Shown here piece after piece: positions 19,459 through 30,139 of a stretch of DNA of 64,000 bases. The stretch lies in contig OY776510.1 of assembly GCA_963675665.1 (NCBI GenBank), forward strand, positions 1,152,001-1,216,000. Reading direction: 5' to 3'. The notes beneath the pieces were generated by a model. The model saw only the letters and a program-made list of their open reading frames with translations. It was not told the DNA's origin and did no database searches. The stretch's first letter is position 1. Each line of letters begins with the position of its first letter. The position numbers were made by a program, and so were the translations under genes. This DNA comes from Spirochaetia bacterium. GTDB taxonomy: Bacteria > Spirochaetota > Spirochaetia > UBA9216.

Positions 19459-20148
19459 CTACTCGCTTTTAATCCTGTAGCCCACACCCCTGACTGTTTC
19501 AATAAACCGTCCCTGGCTTCCAAGCTTTTTTCTTATACCTAGAATCTGTACGTCAACAGAACGTTCGGTGACCGGGTAATTCTGCCCTCTGACGGCGTCT
19601 ATTATCTGGTTGCGAGAGAACACCCATCCGGGGTTGGAAGCCAGATGGTATAAAATAGCGAATTCAGTAGCGGACAGGTTAATGCTCTCTTCATTAACCG
19701 TAACTTCATGTCTTTTAATATTTATTCTTATGTTATGAATTCTTATATCCATTGTCTCATTCTCTTCAGTATTGCTGTTGCGTCTGAGAACGGCTCTTAG
19801 TCTGGCAAGCAGGACCCGCGGACTGAACGGCTTGGTAATATAATCTTCTGCCCCCAGTTCCAGGCCGGATATTACATCGGAGTCCTCCGACTTTGCCGTA
19901 AGCATGATGATCGGAATGTTCTTGGTGGAATCTTCGCGTTTAAGTACGCGGCAGACGTTTAGTCCGTCTATATCCGGAAGCATTATATCCAGAAGAACAA
20001 GATCCGGCTCTTTCTTTCGGGCCAGTTCTATTCCTTCATTTCCGCACGGAGCCTTTATGACGTTATAGCCTTCGATCTCAAGATTATAGGATATCAGTTC
20101 CCTTATATCATGTTCGTCTTCAATGACCAGTATTTTTTCTCCAGGCAA
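19459..20148 (-). CDS. phoB: Phosphate regulon response regulator (OmpR family)
   Basis: Receiver LLDIMLP...KPF and winged helix ERSVDVQI...IETVRGVGY; TTG start after GGAGG; in the pst-phoU operon. Confidence 0.92.
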   Translation of the reverse strand: MPGEKILVIEDEHDIRELISYNLEIEGYNVIKAPCGNEGIELARKKEPDLVLLDIMLPDIDGLNVCRVLKREDSTKNIPIIMLTAKSEDSDVISGLELGAEDYITKPFSPRVLLARLRAVLRRNSNTEENETMDIRIHNIRINIKRHEVTVNEESINLSATEFAILYHLASNPGWVFSRNQIIDAVRGQNYPVTERSVDVQILGIRKKLGSQGRFIETVRGVGYRIKSE

Positions 20149-20198
20149 ATTATTCCTCCCGACTGAAACCCGCCGCAGGCGGCGGCAAAATGACGTGC

Positions 20199-20861
20199 TT
20201 ACAGTTCGACATGCTCACCCGTTTTTGAGTAAATGACCCATTCGCAGACATTGGTTATATGATCTCCGAGCCTTTCCAGAAAACGCGCAAGAAAGATCAG
20301 CTGTGTAGCCTGTTCAATGTCAGCTTCGTTGTCCCTGTTCATGTATTTCAGCATTTTTTTCAGTAGTTTTTTATGAAGCTTGTCAAGAATATCGTCTCTT
20401 GACGCAACTTCCCGGGCCAGGTCGACATCATAATTAACAAAAGCAGTAAGCGCATCCTTCAGCATCTGCCGTGCTGTTGCCCCTGCTTCAGGGATCTGCT
20501 GCAACGGCGTAATATAAGTCTCGCTGGACAGGCGTTTGGCGCCTTCGGCAATATGAACGGCATAATCGCCGGCTCGTTCGAGGTCCGTTATGATCCTGAT
20601 TGCTCCGGTAAGATGGCGCAGGTCGGTTGCAACAGGCTGTTCTGTTGCAAGGATAATCGATACCCTGTCGAAAAGTTCCAGTTCGAGTTCATTAATTCGT
20701 TCGTCTCCGTTAATCACTTCATCTGCAAGTATGTCGTTCTGATCCTTTAGAGAATCAATTGCTTTTTTAAGCGCTTCTTCCACGTATACTCCCATTTTGA
20801 GGATCTGTTCGTTGAGTTCTCCCATTGTTTTTGAAAAATGTATTCTTGATCTTGTGCTCAT
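20199..20861 (-). CDS. phoU: Phosphate signalling protein PhoU
   Basis: QPVATDLR, DLERAGDYA, RFLERLGDHITNVCE. Confidence 0.96.
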   Translation of the reverse strand: MSTRSRIHFSKTMGELNEQILKMGVYVEEALKKAIDSLKDQNDILADEVINGDERINELELELFDRVSIILATEQPVATDLRHLTGAIRIITDLERAGDYAVHIAEGAKRLSSETYITPLQQIPEAGATARQMLKDALTAFVNYDVDLAREVASRDDILDKLHKKLLKKMLKYMNRDNEADIEQATQLIFLARFLERLGDHITNVCEWVIYSKTGEHVEL

Positions 20862-20877
20862 TTATTACTCCGCTTTT

Positions 20878-21633
20878 TCAACCGAATCTGCCTGATATAT
20901 AATCTTCAGTCTTTTTGCTCTTTGGATTAAAGAAGATAGTTTCGGTTGCATCCATCTCTTCAAGGTATCCGTGCAGGAAAAATGCTGTAGAATCCGAAAT
21001 ACGTCCGGCCTGCTGCATGTTATGCGTTACTATTATTATTGTATAATCTTTTTTCAGCTCGTCAATCAAATCTTCTATTCTTGAAGTGGAAACAGGATCA
21101 AGCGCTGATGTGGGTTCGTCCATCAGGATTACATCAGGCTCAACCGCCAGCACTCGCGCAATGCACAGCCGCTGCTGCTGGCCGCCTGAAAGGCCGAGCG
21201 CAGGTTTGTTCAGCCTGTCTTTTACCTCTTCCCAGATTGCCGCCCTGGTAAGGCTTTTTTCCACTATCTGATCAAGCACCCTGCGGTTTCTGATCCCGTG
21301 TATTCTTGGGCCGTATGCTATATTGTCGTATATCGACATCGCAAACGGGTTGGGCGCCTGGAAGACCATTCCGATTTTTTTTCTCAGTTCGATTATATCG
21401 TATTTACCGTAGACATCTTCTCCGTCGTAAAGAATTGTTCCGACTACCTTTGAGCCGTCCACAAGGTCATTCATGCGGTTCAGGGTTTTGAGAAATGTGG
21501 ATTTCCCGCAGCCCGAAGGTCCGATAAGCGCGGTAACCTTGTTTTCTTCAACTTCCATTGACACATTGTGAAGCGCTTTAAAATCGCCGTAATAAAAATC
21601 AAGCGTTTTGATAGATAGCTTGTTTGTCTTCAT
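20878..21633 (-). CDS. pstB: Phosphate ABC transporter ATPase
   Basis: [41 protein letters not shown]. Confidence 0.97.
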   Translation of the reverse strand: MKTNKLSIKTLDFYYGDFKALHNVSMEVEENKVTALIGPSGCGKSTFLKTLNRMNDLVDGSKVVGTILYDGEDVYGKYDIIELRKKIGMVFQAPNPFAMSIYDNIAYGPRIHGIRNRRVLDQIVEKSLTRAAIWEEVKDRLNKPALGLSGGQQQRLCIARVLAVEPDVILMDEPTSALDPVSTSRIEDLIDELKKDYTIIIVTHNMQQAGRISDSTAFFLHGYLEEMDATETIFFNPKSKKTEDYISGRFG

Positions 21634-21635
21634 AT

Positions 21636-23285
21636 TCAGTATTTCCTTACTACAAGTTTGGTTGAGACTACATTTACAAAAAGAACGATGACAATCAGAA
21701 TTGTAGCCGTTGCAAAAGCCCTGTCGAAAGATATCCCCTCTTTTACAAGCTGGTAGAGGTGCGTAGACAGAACCCTTGCCGATGTTGAAAGATTTTCGAC
21801 CCTGCGGTAATCAAATCCCATTGTGAATAACAGCGCGGCAGTTTCTCCTACAGCTCGACCTATTGCAAGTATTACGCCGGTCAGGATTCCGGGGGCGGCC
21901 GCAGGAATGACAACCTTGTAAATGGTTTGCCATTTGCCGGCGCCGAGGGCCAGGCTTCCCGCCCTGAAGGATTTCGGAACTGCTTTGATCGCCTCTTCCG
22001 ACGTTCGAACTATCGTCGGAAGTATCATCAATGTCAGGGTAAGGGTTCCGGATAAAAGACCAATTCCCAGATGCATGGCCCCGACAAAAACAATAAAACC
22101 GAACAGACCGAATATAATCGACGGAATCCCCGCCAGCGTTTCAGTACCGAGACGAAGTATTTTGACAAGAGTTCCCTGCCTGGCGTATTCCGTGAGGTAT
22201 ACCGCCGCACCGATTCCAAGCGGTGTTGAGAACAGAACGGTCAGAATAACCATATAAAGAGTATTTATAATTATTGATGAAATGCCGCCGACCCGGCCGG
22301 CACGTTTGGGTTCTTCAAAGAGAAACCACATCTGCAGATTCCGGCCGGTCTGTCTGAACTGGTATTTAAGAAGGCTGATATTGCGGCTTTCCGCTTCCGG
22401 TTTCATTATCAGGCCGATACTGCCCGGATAATTGTTTATTCTTTCGTAATAATCGGTTGAATATTCCGTTTTCACAGCTGATTCAGGAATCTGGTCCGGT
22501 GTAATTCCGGCGAGATCAAGATAGGCTCCATATTCGTAACTGCCAGCAGGCGGAATAATCAATCTTAGCGGCAGGTCTATTCCCTCTGCGTCCTTCCAGT
22601 TTGATATTTCACCACGAAGAATCCTTTTTAACAGGGGACCGTCGATAAATCGGAGTTTTTTATTGTTTCTTATTTCAAAAACCGAAGGATGCACACCGAT
22701 AGAAAGGGGCCTTATCAGTACGGGATTAACGTCATAACCTTCTATTTTGGCGGCTTCTGCCGCAGGTATTAACCCGAAAGAACCTTCCTGCTGTTCAACA
22801 GCCCCTGCAATCTCCTCAACAGTATTCTTGTAGGTTGTATTCTTTCCGAAACTGCCCTCCGCGTATTTCAGTACAAACGGAGAAACCTTCAAATCCTGTT
22901 CATTTATATTCCCCCAGTTTGACGGCTTGCCTTCGATCAGCGATTCAAGATCATTTATGTTTATTTCTTTTAATCTGAGACCCTTGTTTACAATCATCAG
23001 CGAATTTCCGGTATACAATTCAAGCGGTGTTTCGATGGTTCCCCTGTTGATGATCTCGCTTTCCAGAATGTTGTCAGATCTGAAACCCTTGTAAACGATG
23101 AATCCGAGAATATATACCAGGATTGCAAGCGTCAGACCGGCTGCTGCCCAGAGTATAATTGTAGCCAGATTATTGAATCCTTTTGTCTTTTTAAAGTGCG
23201 TATCAGCTTTCCGCTGCTCTTTCTTTACAAGGGCGTCAATCGATTCTTCAGTTTGGGGTGTCTGTGTTGCCAAAAGTAAGCTCAC
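21636..23285 (-). CDS. pstA: Phosphate ABC transporter permease PstA with large periplasmic insertion
   Basis: C-terminal PstA core ([34 protein letters not shown]) plus about 250 aa of insert after TM1. Confidence 0.92.
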   Translation of the reverse strand: MSLLLATQTPQTEESIDALVKKEQRKADTHFKKTKGFNNLATIILWAAAGLTLAILVYILGFIVYKGFRSDNILESEIINRGTIETPLELYTGNSLMIVNKGLRLKEININDLESLIEGKPSNWGNINEQDLKVSPFVLKYAEGSFGKNTTYKNTVEEIAGAVEQQEGSFGLIPAAEAAKIEGYDVNPVLIRPLSIGVHPSVFEIRNNKKLRFIDGPLLKRILRGEISNWKDAEGIDLPLRLIIPPAGSYEYGAYLDLAGITPDQIPESAVKTEYSTDYYERINNYPGSIGLIMKPEAESRNISLLKYQFRQTGRNLQMWFLFEEPKRAGRVGGISSIIINTLYMVILTVLFSTPLGIGAAVYLTEYARQGTLVKILRLGTETLAGIPSIIFGLFGFIVFVGAMHLGIGLLSGTLTLTLMILPTIVRTSEEAIKAVPKSFRAGSLALGAGKWQTIYKVVIPAAAPGILTGVILAIGRAVGETAALLFTMGFDYRRVENLSTSARVLSTHLYQLVKEGISFDRAFATATILIVIVLFVNVVSTKLVVRKY

Positions 23286-24196
23286 GCTATCTCCTTCGGG
23301 TTGCCTTTAATGATGTTTACAGACAGATTCAGAATAAGGATAAAAAGAAAGAGGACGATACTTGTAGAAAAGAGCGCGGTCATATGATCCCCGGATGCGT
23401 AACCCATATCTGTAACAATATTCATGGTCAGTGTCCTTACTTTTGAAAGCGGACCTTCCGGCATTATGGGGGCATTTCCCGCAACCATCAGGACGGCCAT
23501 TGTTTCACCGAGGGCCCGGCCCATTCCAAGAACAACGCCTGCAATGATTCCGGATTTTGCTGCCGGTAGCTGTACCCTGATTATGGTTTGCCAGCGGGTT
23601 CCTCCGAGAGCAAGCGAACCTTCTTTTATGCTTTTGGGAAGGGATGTGATTGTAACTTCAGCTATATTGATAATGGTGGGAAGCACCATTATCGCCAGAA
23701 TGATGGCTCCTGAAAGCATGCTGTAGCCCGTTCCTCCGAAGGTTTCACGAATGAATTTTGAGATTACTATTACGCCGAAAAACCCGTAGATAACCGATGG
23801 TATTCCCGCCAGAAGCTGAACTACGCTGCGCATGACTTCGACAATTCGTTTATCGGCGATTTCCGCCATGAAAACAGCAGTCATAATTCCTATAGGTACA
23901 GCCAGAATCAGCGCTCCCAGGGTTACATATATTGAACCTATTATGAAAGGGAGAATGCCGTATTCGGGATTTGTCTCATTGCTTGGAGACCAGTCGCGGC
24001 CGAACAGGAAATCTCCGACAGCAACCGTCTTAAAAAGCGGAAGCCCGCGTTGAAAGATGAAGAAAGATATAAAAAGGACGCTGATTACCGAGACCATTGC
24101 ACATATCAACAGGATTATTTCTACCGATTTCTCCTTTCGGGTTCTTCTTTTAATAGTTCTCTCTATTTCATGTATTCTTTTATCAGTATTCGCCAA
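23282..24196 (-). CDS. pstC: Phosphate ABC transporter permease PstC
   Basis: LAGIPSVIYGFFG, GMGRALGETMAVLMVAGN; likely TTG start at 24196 after AAGGAG. Confidence 0.95.
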   Translation of the reverse strand: MANTDKRIHEIERTIKRRTRKEKSVEIILLICAMVSVISVLFISFFIFQRGLPLFKTVAVGDFLFGRDWSPSNETNPEYGILPFIIGSIYVTLGALILAVPIGIMTAVFMAEIADKRIVEVMRSVVQLLAGIPSVIYGFFGVIVISKFIRETFGGTGYSMLSGAIILAIMVLPTIINIAEVTITSLPKSIKEGSLALGGTRWQTIIRVQLPAAKSGIIAGVVLGMGRALGETMAVLMVAGNAPIMPEGPLSKVRTLTMNIVTDMGYASGDHMTALFSTSIVLFLFILILNLSVNIIKGNPKEIA

Positions 24197-24244
24197 ATAT
24201 TTCTCCTTGAATTGTTCCAAAATATTAAAGAGCAATGTGTCTAA

Positions 24245-24272
24245 TGTTAAAATTGTGTTAGGTTTGTGTTAA
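24245..24272 (-). promoter_or_regulatory. Pho box upstream of pstC
   Basis: Minus strand TTAACA/CTAACA/TTAACA at exact 11-bp period (plus-strand starts 24267, 24256, 24245); the last repeat lies 17 nt upstream of a TAATAT -10. Confidence 0.8.
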
Positions 24273-24388
24273 ATCGGCAGCCGGCTCGGCCGCATGTAAG
24301 GGTCTTACAAAAAACACTATTGAAATAGATAATAAATTTCTGCTGAACGGTTTGACATAATGGCGATGTAACTGGATAATGAATTCAC

Positions 24389-25993
24389 ATGAAGAAGTAT
24401 GTATTTGTCACAGGCGGAGTATGTTCCAGCCTTGGAAAGGGGCTTGCCGCGGCGTCAATCGGAACATTGCTCGAGTGCCATGGTCTTCGTGTATGTATGG
24501 TTAAGATAGATCCGTATCTTAACGTAGACGCCGGAACGATGAGCCCCTATCAGCACGGCGAAGTCTATGTTACCGACGACGGTGCTGAAACCGATCTCGA
24601 TCTCGGTAATTATTTCAGGTTTACATCATCACCGGTCAGTCAGAAACAGTCAATCACAACAGGGCAGATCTATCAGGAAGTAATCAGAAAAGAACGTGAA
24701 GGCCAGTACCTGGGCCGGACGGTTCAGGTAATTCCTCATATCACCGATGAAATCAAAAGACGCATCGTTGTTGCGGGAAATGACAATGATGCGGAAATAA
24801 CAATAGTGGAAATAGGCGGGACAGTAGGCGATATTGAATCAGTACCCTATCTTGAAGCTGCCAGGCAGTTCGGGCATGATGTGGGACGTGAAAATGTCGT
24901 CTATGTTCATCTGACGCTTGTTCCCATGGTTGCCGGAGAAGAGTTTAAGACAAAGCCTACCCAGCATTCGGCCAAGGCCCTCCGCGAGATAGGTATTCAG
25001 CCGGATGTTCTGCTTTGCCGATCGGCAAAGCCGCTGGATGATGAAATGAAACGGAAAATTTCCCTGTTTACAAATGTAAACAAGGATTCTGTAATTTCAG
25101 CTTATGATATCAGCGGCACGATCTACGAAATTCCACTGGTTTACGGCAGCCAGGGTTTCGACAGAATTGTTCTTAAAAGACTTGGCCTGGAATATACCGA
25201 ACCGGATAAATCCCGCTGGGAAAATGTGGTTGATATTTATAAAAATCCGGTAGATACGGTTAAAATCGGGATGGTCGGCAAATATATTGAACTTAACGAT
25301 TCTTATAAATCAATTAATGAAGCGCTTATACACGGCGGAATATCCAACCAGGTGAAGGTCGAAATCGTAAGGATAGATTCGGAAAATCTGGAAAAGACTG
25401 ATGATATCGGCAGCGTATTAAAGGAAGTAGACGGAATTCTTATACCCGGAGGGTTCGGTAAACGTGGAATCGAGGGAATGATTTCTGCTGCACAGTGGGC
25501 CCGGGAAAACAATCTTCCCACGCTGGGCATCTGTCTCGGAATGCAGATAATGGTTATTGAATACGCAAGAAATGTGGCTGGTCTGACGGATGCCGACAGT
25601 ACCGAGTTTGTTCCCGAATGCAAAGCGCCGGTGATAAGTCTTCTTGAAGAACAGCTGGACGTAAAGGAATACGGCGGTACAATGCGTCTCGGGCGCGGAG
25701 AGTCTCATCTGAAGGAAGGCAGCCTGATTCGCGAGTGTTACGATACGCCTCTTATTTACGAACGCCACAGACACAGGTATGAGGTTTCAGTCAAATACCG
25801 TGAAATTCTTGAGGAAGCGGGCCTTATTATAGGGGGCACAACCCCGGGGAATCAGCTTGTTGAATCGGTCCAGTGGCCGGATCACTGCTGGAGCACGGGC
25901 GTACAGTTTCATCCTGAATTTACATCAAAACCGACGGAACCGCATCCTCTTTTTGCCGGTTTTATAAAAGGCGCGCTGGAGAATAAAGAATAG
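24389..25993 (+). CDS. pyrG: CTP synthase
   Basis: KYVFVTGGVCSSLGKG, KTKPTQHS, GICLGMQ, HRHRYE, QFHPEF. Confidence 0.98.
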   Translation: MKKYVFVTGGVCSSLGKGLAAASIGTLLECHGLRVCMVKIDPYLNVDAGTMSPYQHGEVYVTDDGAETDLDLGNYFRFTSSPVSQKQSITTGQIYQEVIRKEREGQYLGRTVQVIPHITDEIKRRIVVAGNDNDAEITIVEIGGTVGDIESVPYLEAARQFGHDVGRENVVYVHLTLVPMVAGEEFKTKPTQHSAKALREIGIQPDVLLCRSAKPLDDEMKRKISLFTNVNKDSVISAYDISGTIYEIPLVYGSQGFDRIVLKRLGLEYTEPDKSRWENVVDIYKNPVDTVKIGMVGKYIELNDSYKSINEALIHGGISNQVKVEIVRIDSENLEKTDDIGSVLKEVDGILIPGGFGKRGIEGMISAAQWARENNLPTLGICLGMQIMVIEYARNVAGLTDADSTEFVPECKAPVISLLEEQLDVKEYGGTMRLGRGESHLKEGSLIRECYDTPLIYERHRHRYEVSVKYREILEEAGLIIGGTTPGNQLVESVQWPDHCWSTGVQFHPEFTSKPTEPHPLFAGFIKGALENKE

Positions 25994-26031
25994 GTTTATC
26001 AGGAACTTTAAAAACTATCGGGCCTTTTAAA

Positions 26032-27381
26032 TCAGCAAAGGCCCGAATAATTTTCGAAATTAATCCAGATATTTCCAAAGATTGAAGAAGGCACGCTGCC
26101 TTTTTCATATTTTACAAGATCTTTCTGTTCGATAATCCCGTTCAGTTTTTTCCATGCCAGTTCGGTTTCTTCCGAACTGACGAAAAGCGTATGGTCGCCC
26201 CGCAGCGCATCAAGCAGTAGTTTCTGGTACGCCTCGGGAATATCTTCCTTAAAGCTCTCGTTATAGCAGAAAGCCATATCGGTCCGGGCAAGCTGAAGGT
26301 CCATTCCGGGGTTTTTTCCGGTCAGCTGAAGTATTATACCTTCCGAGGGCTGTACCTTGAAAATAATCTCATTCGGAGCAGTCCCTTCGGGAGGATTGTA
26401 TAAAGCATGCGGTCTTTTTTTAAACCGCAGTCCGATTTCCGTGCCCTTGCGATCGAGGGCCTTTCCGGTCCGGATAAAAACCGGGGTTCCCGCCCAGCGG
26501 TGATTGTTTATCTTCAGCTTTATTTCAGCCCATGTTTCTGTTGATGAACCGGACGACACGCCTTTTTCGTCAAGGTAGCCTTCATATTGGCCCCTGCTGA
26601 CTTTTTCTATTTCAATTGCCTTAAGGACGTTTATTTTCTGGTTTCTTATATCTTCCGGATCCAGACTGACGGGCGGGTCCATTGTAGTCAGGCAGAGCAT
26701 CTGCAATAAATGGTTCTGTACCATATCGCGAATCGAACCGGCCTGATCGAAATAGCCGCCTCTTTCTTCAACTCCTATGGATTCGAAAGCGTTTATCTGA
26801 ATTGACTCTATATAATTGCTGTTCCAGGATGCCTCGAATATTGAGTTGGCAAAGCGAAAGATCAGGATATTTTGAACAGCCTCCTTGGCAAGATAATGAT
26901 CGCTTCTGAAAATCTGGCTTTCGGAATAGTAACGGTGTATCGATTCGTTTAATTCGTGTGCGCTTTGATAGTCCCGGCCGAACGGTTTCTCGATGACGAT
27001 GTTTACTTCATCGCGGAACCCCTCGTTATACAGTTTCTCGACTGTTGAGGCATAACTTGCGGGCGGAAGAGCTAAAAAAATGATTATCCGATCGAAGGTT
27101 CCGAATGAATCAATATACGGTTTAAGGCCCTTAATGCCCTGATGGAAGTAAAGCTGGTCACGGAATTCACAACAGACCTCAAATCTGTCCCTGAATTCCT
27201 CATCCGTAAATGAAGAGCGCCCCTCGCCTACGACAATCGAATCCGCGCTGATGAGGGTCTGTTTTCTTAAGACAGACAGGGCCGGAATCAGTTTTCTCCG
27301 GGCAAGATCCCCCGACGCCCCGAGTATTATAATGGCCGATTTCTCATTTTCCGAATTTGTTCCTACTCTTTTAAATATCAT
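26032..27381 (-). CDS. zwf: Glucose-6-phosphate 1-dehydrogenase
   Basis: GASGDLARRKL, EKPFG, DHYLAKE, RDMVQNHL, RTGK; likely start MIFKR at 27381 (ATGA overlap with pgl). Confidence 0.95.
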   Translation of the reverse strand: MIFKRVGTNSENEKSAIIILGASGDLARRKLIPALSVLRKQTLISADSIVVGEGRSSFTDEEFRDRFEVCCEFRDQLYFHQGIKGLKPYIDSFGTFDRIIIFLALPPASYASTVEKLYNEGFRDEVNIVIEKPFGRDYQSAHELNESIHRYYSESQIFRSDHYLAKEAVQNILIFRFANSIFEASWNSNYIESIQINAFESIGVEERGGYFDQAGSIRDMVQNHLLQMLCLTTMDPPVSLDPEDIRNQKINVLKAIEIEKVSRGQYEGYLDEKGVSSGSSTETWAEIKLKINNHRWAGTPVFIRTGKALDRKGTEIGLRFKKRPHALYNPPEGTAPNEIIFKVQPSEGIILQLTGKNPGMDLQLARTDMAFCYNESFKEDIPEAYQKLLLDALRGDHTLFVSSEETELAWKKLNGIIEQKDLVKYEKGSVPSSIFGNIWINFENYSGLC

Positions 27382-28136
27382 ACTCCTTCCTCTTTTTCCG
27401 CTGTCTGCTTCGCCTGCCGGTCGCATATAATCAGCGTATCCAGGCCGAGGCTTTCCCTGTTCCTGATTATTCTGGCCGGAGGCAGAAACTCCTCCTTCGG
27501 ATCTTTTCCCCGGCTGTTTATTTCGGTCAGCAACCTGTTGAAAATTCCGGCCTTGGAAGTTCCCGTGACAGTTAGTACGAGTTTTTTCGATTGTGAAATT
27601 ACCGCGGGGCCGAGAGACAGGCGGTCTTTCGGATTAAACGGCGAAACAGTTTTTAATACAAGTTCAAACCAGTCTGCATCATGTTCCGCCGGGCAATTAG
27701 CCGGAAAAAGACTTGCTGTATGGCCGTCCGGACCGATTCCGAGAAAAACAAGATCGAATAAAGGCAGTTTGCTGCCGGTCAGATTGAAGAACTCATTTAT
27801 AAAGCTCCGGTATATTTCCGCATCGGAAGCCCACCGTTTACGATCTTCAGCCTTTCCGCATACTGAGAGAAAACTGTTCCATGCCGATCCCCAGTTACTG
27901 CCGGGATGATCGAAGCCGACAAGTCGCTCGTCGGCGGGAAAGAACGCCGGCATTGGTGTTTCAGGAGAGATGCCCGGTTTCAGTCCGTTAAGATACAGCA
28001 CTTTCCACCTTTTGAAGATATCCTCATAGGTTGATCCGAATGATAATGCCGCTGTTTCTGCTTTTGCAAGAAGTGCAAATTCGTAATCGGCGATTTCTTC
28101 AATACCACTGAATATTTCAAGATTAATCATCGGCAC
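27378..28136 (-). CDS. pgl: 6-phosphogluconolactonase
   Basis: LSFGST, DERLV, SNW, LGIGPDGHTASLFP; between gnd and zwf. Confidence 0.9.
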   Translation of the reverse strand: MPMINLEIFSGIEEIADYEFALLAKAETAALSFGSTYEDIFKRWKVLYLNGLKPGISPETPMPAFFPADERLVGFDHPGSNWGSAWNSFLSVCGKAEDRKRWASDAEIYRSFINEFFNLTGSKLPLFDLVFLGIGPDGHTASLFPANCPAEHDADWFELVLKTVSPFNPKDRLSLGPAVISQSKKLVLTVTGTSKAGIFNRLLTEINSRGKDPKEEFLPPARIIRNRESLGLDTLIICDRQAKQTAEKEEGV

Positions 28137-29633
28137 TTATGCGTTGTAGGCCGTTGAAGCGGTTTTTCCTCCGCGGCCTGTCCAGTCGGTATGGAAAAAC
28201 TCGCCGCGTGGTTTGTCCTTCCGTTCATACATATGACCGCCGAAGTAGTCCCTCTGGGCCTGAATCAGGTTTGCAGGAAGGTTTCCGCTTCTGAAGCCGT
28301 CGTAAAACGAGAGGGCGGCGGAGATTCCCGGAATCGGGATTCCCCAGAGCGCGGCCCTTGCGGCAGTTCTTCTCCATCCGATAGAAAGCCTCGTAATCAA
28401 TTCAGCAAAATATTCGTCATAAAGCAGCGACTCGAGAGTTCCGTTCATTTGGAATGCCTTTTTAATCGGAGTCAGCAGCGCGCTTCGGATTATGCAGCCT
28501 CCCTGCCAGATTTCAGCCAGATCCGCGGCCTGAAGGTCCCAGCCGTACTCTTTTGATGCCGCCATAATCAGCGAGAACCCCTGTGTATACGAAATAATTC
28601 TGGAAGCAAGCAGTGCGTCGGCAATATCGGCAAGAACTGCGTTTTTTTCAGCATTCAGCGCCGAAGATGTGCCGGCCGGGGGCAGTTTTTCGGAAGCCAG
28701 AAGGCGCTGCTCTTTCATCGAGGACAGCCCCCTTGCATATACCGCCTGGCTTATTACCGTAACAGGTTTTACAAGATTGAAGCTTTCTTCAACCGTCCAC
28801 TTTCCGGTGCCTTTCTGTCCTGCCGCGTCAAGAATTTTGTCCACAAGGGATTTGCCGTCCGTATCCCTGAATTTTAGAATATCTGCGGTTATTTCATTCA
28901 GAAACCCTGCAAGCCCGGTTTTGTTCCATTCGGAGAAAACTGCAGAGGTTTCATCATTGGATAATCTGAAGTCTGTTTCCGGTTTTTCGGCGGTCATCAG
29001 ATGATAGCCCTCTGAGATTATTTCCATGTCGCCGTACTCAATTCCGTTGTGCACCATCTTGACGAAATGTCCCGAACCGCCGCGGCCGATCCATTTGCTG
29101 CAGCGAATACGGGTTCCGTCGGGTTCGGCCACCTCCGCGCTGATGGAAGTGAAAACCTCTTCGAGCATAACCTGCGCTTCTTTGCTTCCGCCGGGCATGA
29201 TCGACGGGCCGCGACGGGCACCTTCTTCGCCGCCGGAGACCCCGACGCCGGCAAAAAGAATTCCTTTTTCGGACAGCTCTTTTTCTCGCCTGATGCTGTC
29301 GCGGAAGAAGGAATTGCCGAGATCCGCTACCAGATCTCCCTTCTGAAGATGAGGCAGTAATGAGTCAATCACTGCGCTCACACCGTCGCCGGCCTTGACC
29401 ATTAAAAGAATCCGCCTGGGGCGCTGTATAGAATCAATAAAGCTTTTGATGTCCGAATACGGAACAATATTATCTGCGGATTTGCACGCAGTTTTTGATT
29501 CCTTAATGAAAAGATCAGTTTTTTCGCCGGAGCGGTTGTAAACTGCGGTTTTATAACCGTGATCGGCCAGATTCATCACAAGGTTCTGGCCCATTACAGC
29601 CAAACCTATTAATCCCAAATCATTTTTATTCAT
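28137..29633 (-). CDS. gnd: NADP-dependent 6-phosphogluconate dehydrogenase
   Basis: GLAVMG, YNRS, VSGGEEGA, VKMVHNGIEYGDM, QAQRDYFGGH. Confidence 0.97.
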   Translation of the reverse strand: MNKNDLGLIGLAVMGQNLVMNLADHGYKTAVYNRSGEKTDLFIKESKTACKSADNIVPYSDIKSFIDSIQRPRRILLMVKAGDGVSAVIDSLLPHLQKGDLVADLGNSFFRDSIRREKELSEKGILFAGVGVSGGEEGARRGPSIMPGGSKEAQVMLEEVFTSISAEVAEPDGTRIRCSKWIGRGGSGHFVKMVHNGIEYGDMEIISEGYHLMTAEKPETDFRLSNDETSAVFSEWNKTGLAGFLNEITADILKFRDTDGKSLVDKILDAAGQKGTGKWTVEESFNLVKPVTVISQAVYARGLSSMKEQRLLASEKLPPAGTSSALNAEKNAVLADIADALLASRIISYTQGFSLIMAASKEYGWDLQAADLAEIWQGGCIIRSALLTPIKKAFQMNGTLESLLYDEYFAELITRLSIGWRRTAARAALWGIPIPGISAALSFYDGFRSGNLPANLIQAQRDYFGGHMYERKDKPRGEFFHTDWTGRGGKTASTAYNA

Positions 29634-29671
29634 TGTTTATTATAACCTGTTTTTCGTTCTGCAGAAAACGA

Positions 29672-29992
29672 TCAGTTCTCTTTTTTTATTTCGATGACTA
29701 CGTCCGAGGGAAGTGCGAAAGAGCAGGCGGCTTCAACCGCTTTCAATATCGCTGTCGGAACCGGACATGTCGCATGGGTAAGTGTGCCGTTTGATGCAGT
29801 AAATACTGATGAGGTTCCGAATGGTGCAAACACTTCCTTCATTGCATCAACTGTTTTGACCTTTTCAGCCAGATCCATTACTGCCGGACAATCGGATTCA
29901 ATCTCTATCGTTGCGTTCATCATGTCTGCCGAATCGGCTTTGACCACTGATTTGAGACCGCATATACCGGGGTTTACATTGACTGATATCAT
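29672..29992 (-). CDS. Small Cys-containing hypothetical protein (DUF6951-like)
   Basis: PGICG, IESDCP and HATCPVPTAILKAVE pattern; SD AAGGAG. Family name is from recall and not verified. Confidence 0.7.
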   Translation of the reverse strand: MISVNVNPGICGLKSVVKADSADMMNATIEIESDCPAVMDLAEKVKTVDAMKEVFAPFGTSSVFTASNGTLTHATCPVPTAILKAVEAACSFALPSDVVIEIKKEN

Positions 29993-30139
29993 TTAAAACT
30001 CCTTTTATATATGAAAAACACTATTCAATGATAATAAAAATGTAGTTGATCGTCAAGCAACGACTGTTTTCACCCGGATATTACAGACCCGCCATATTGT
30101 TTTCATGCCGATTAAGTGATAATAATTTAATTACAGATT

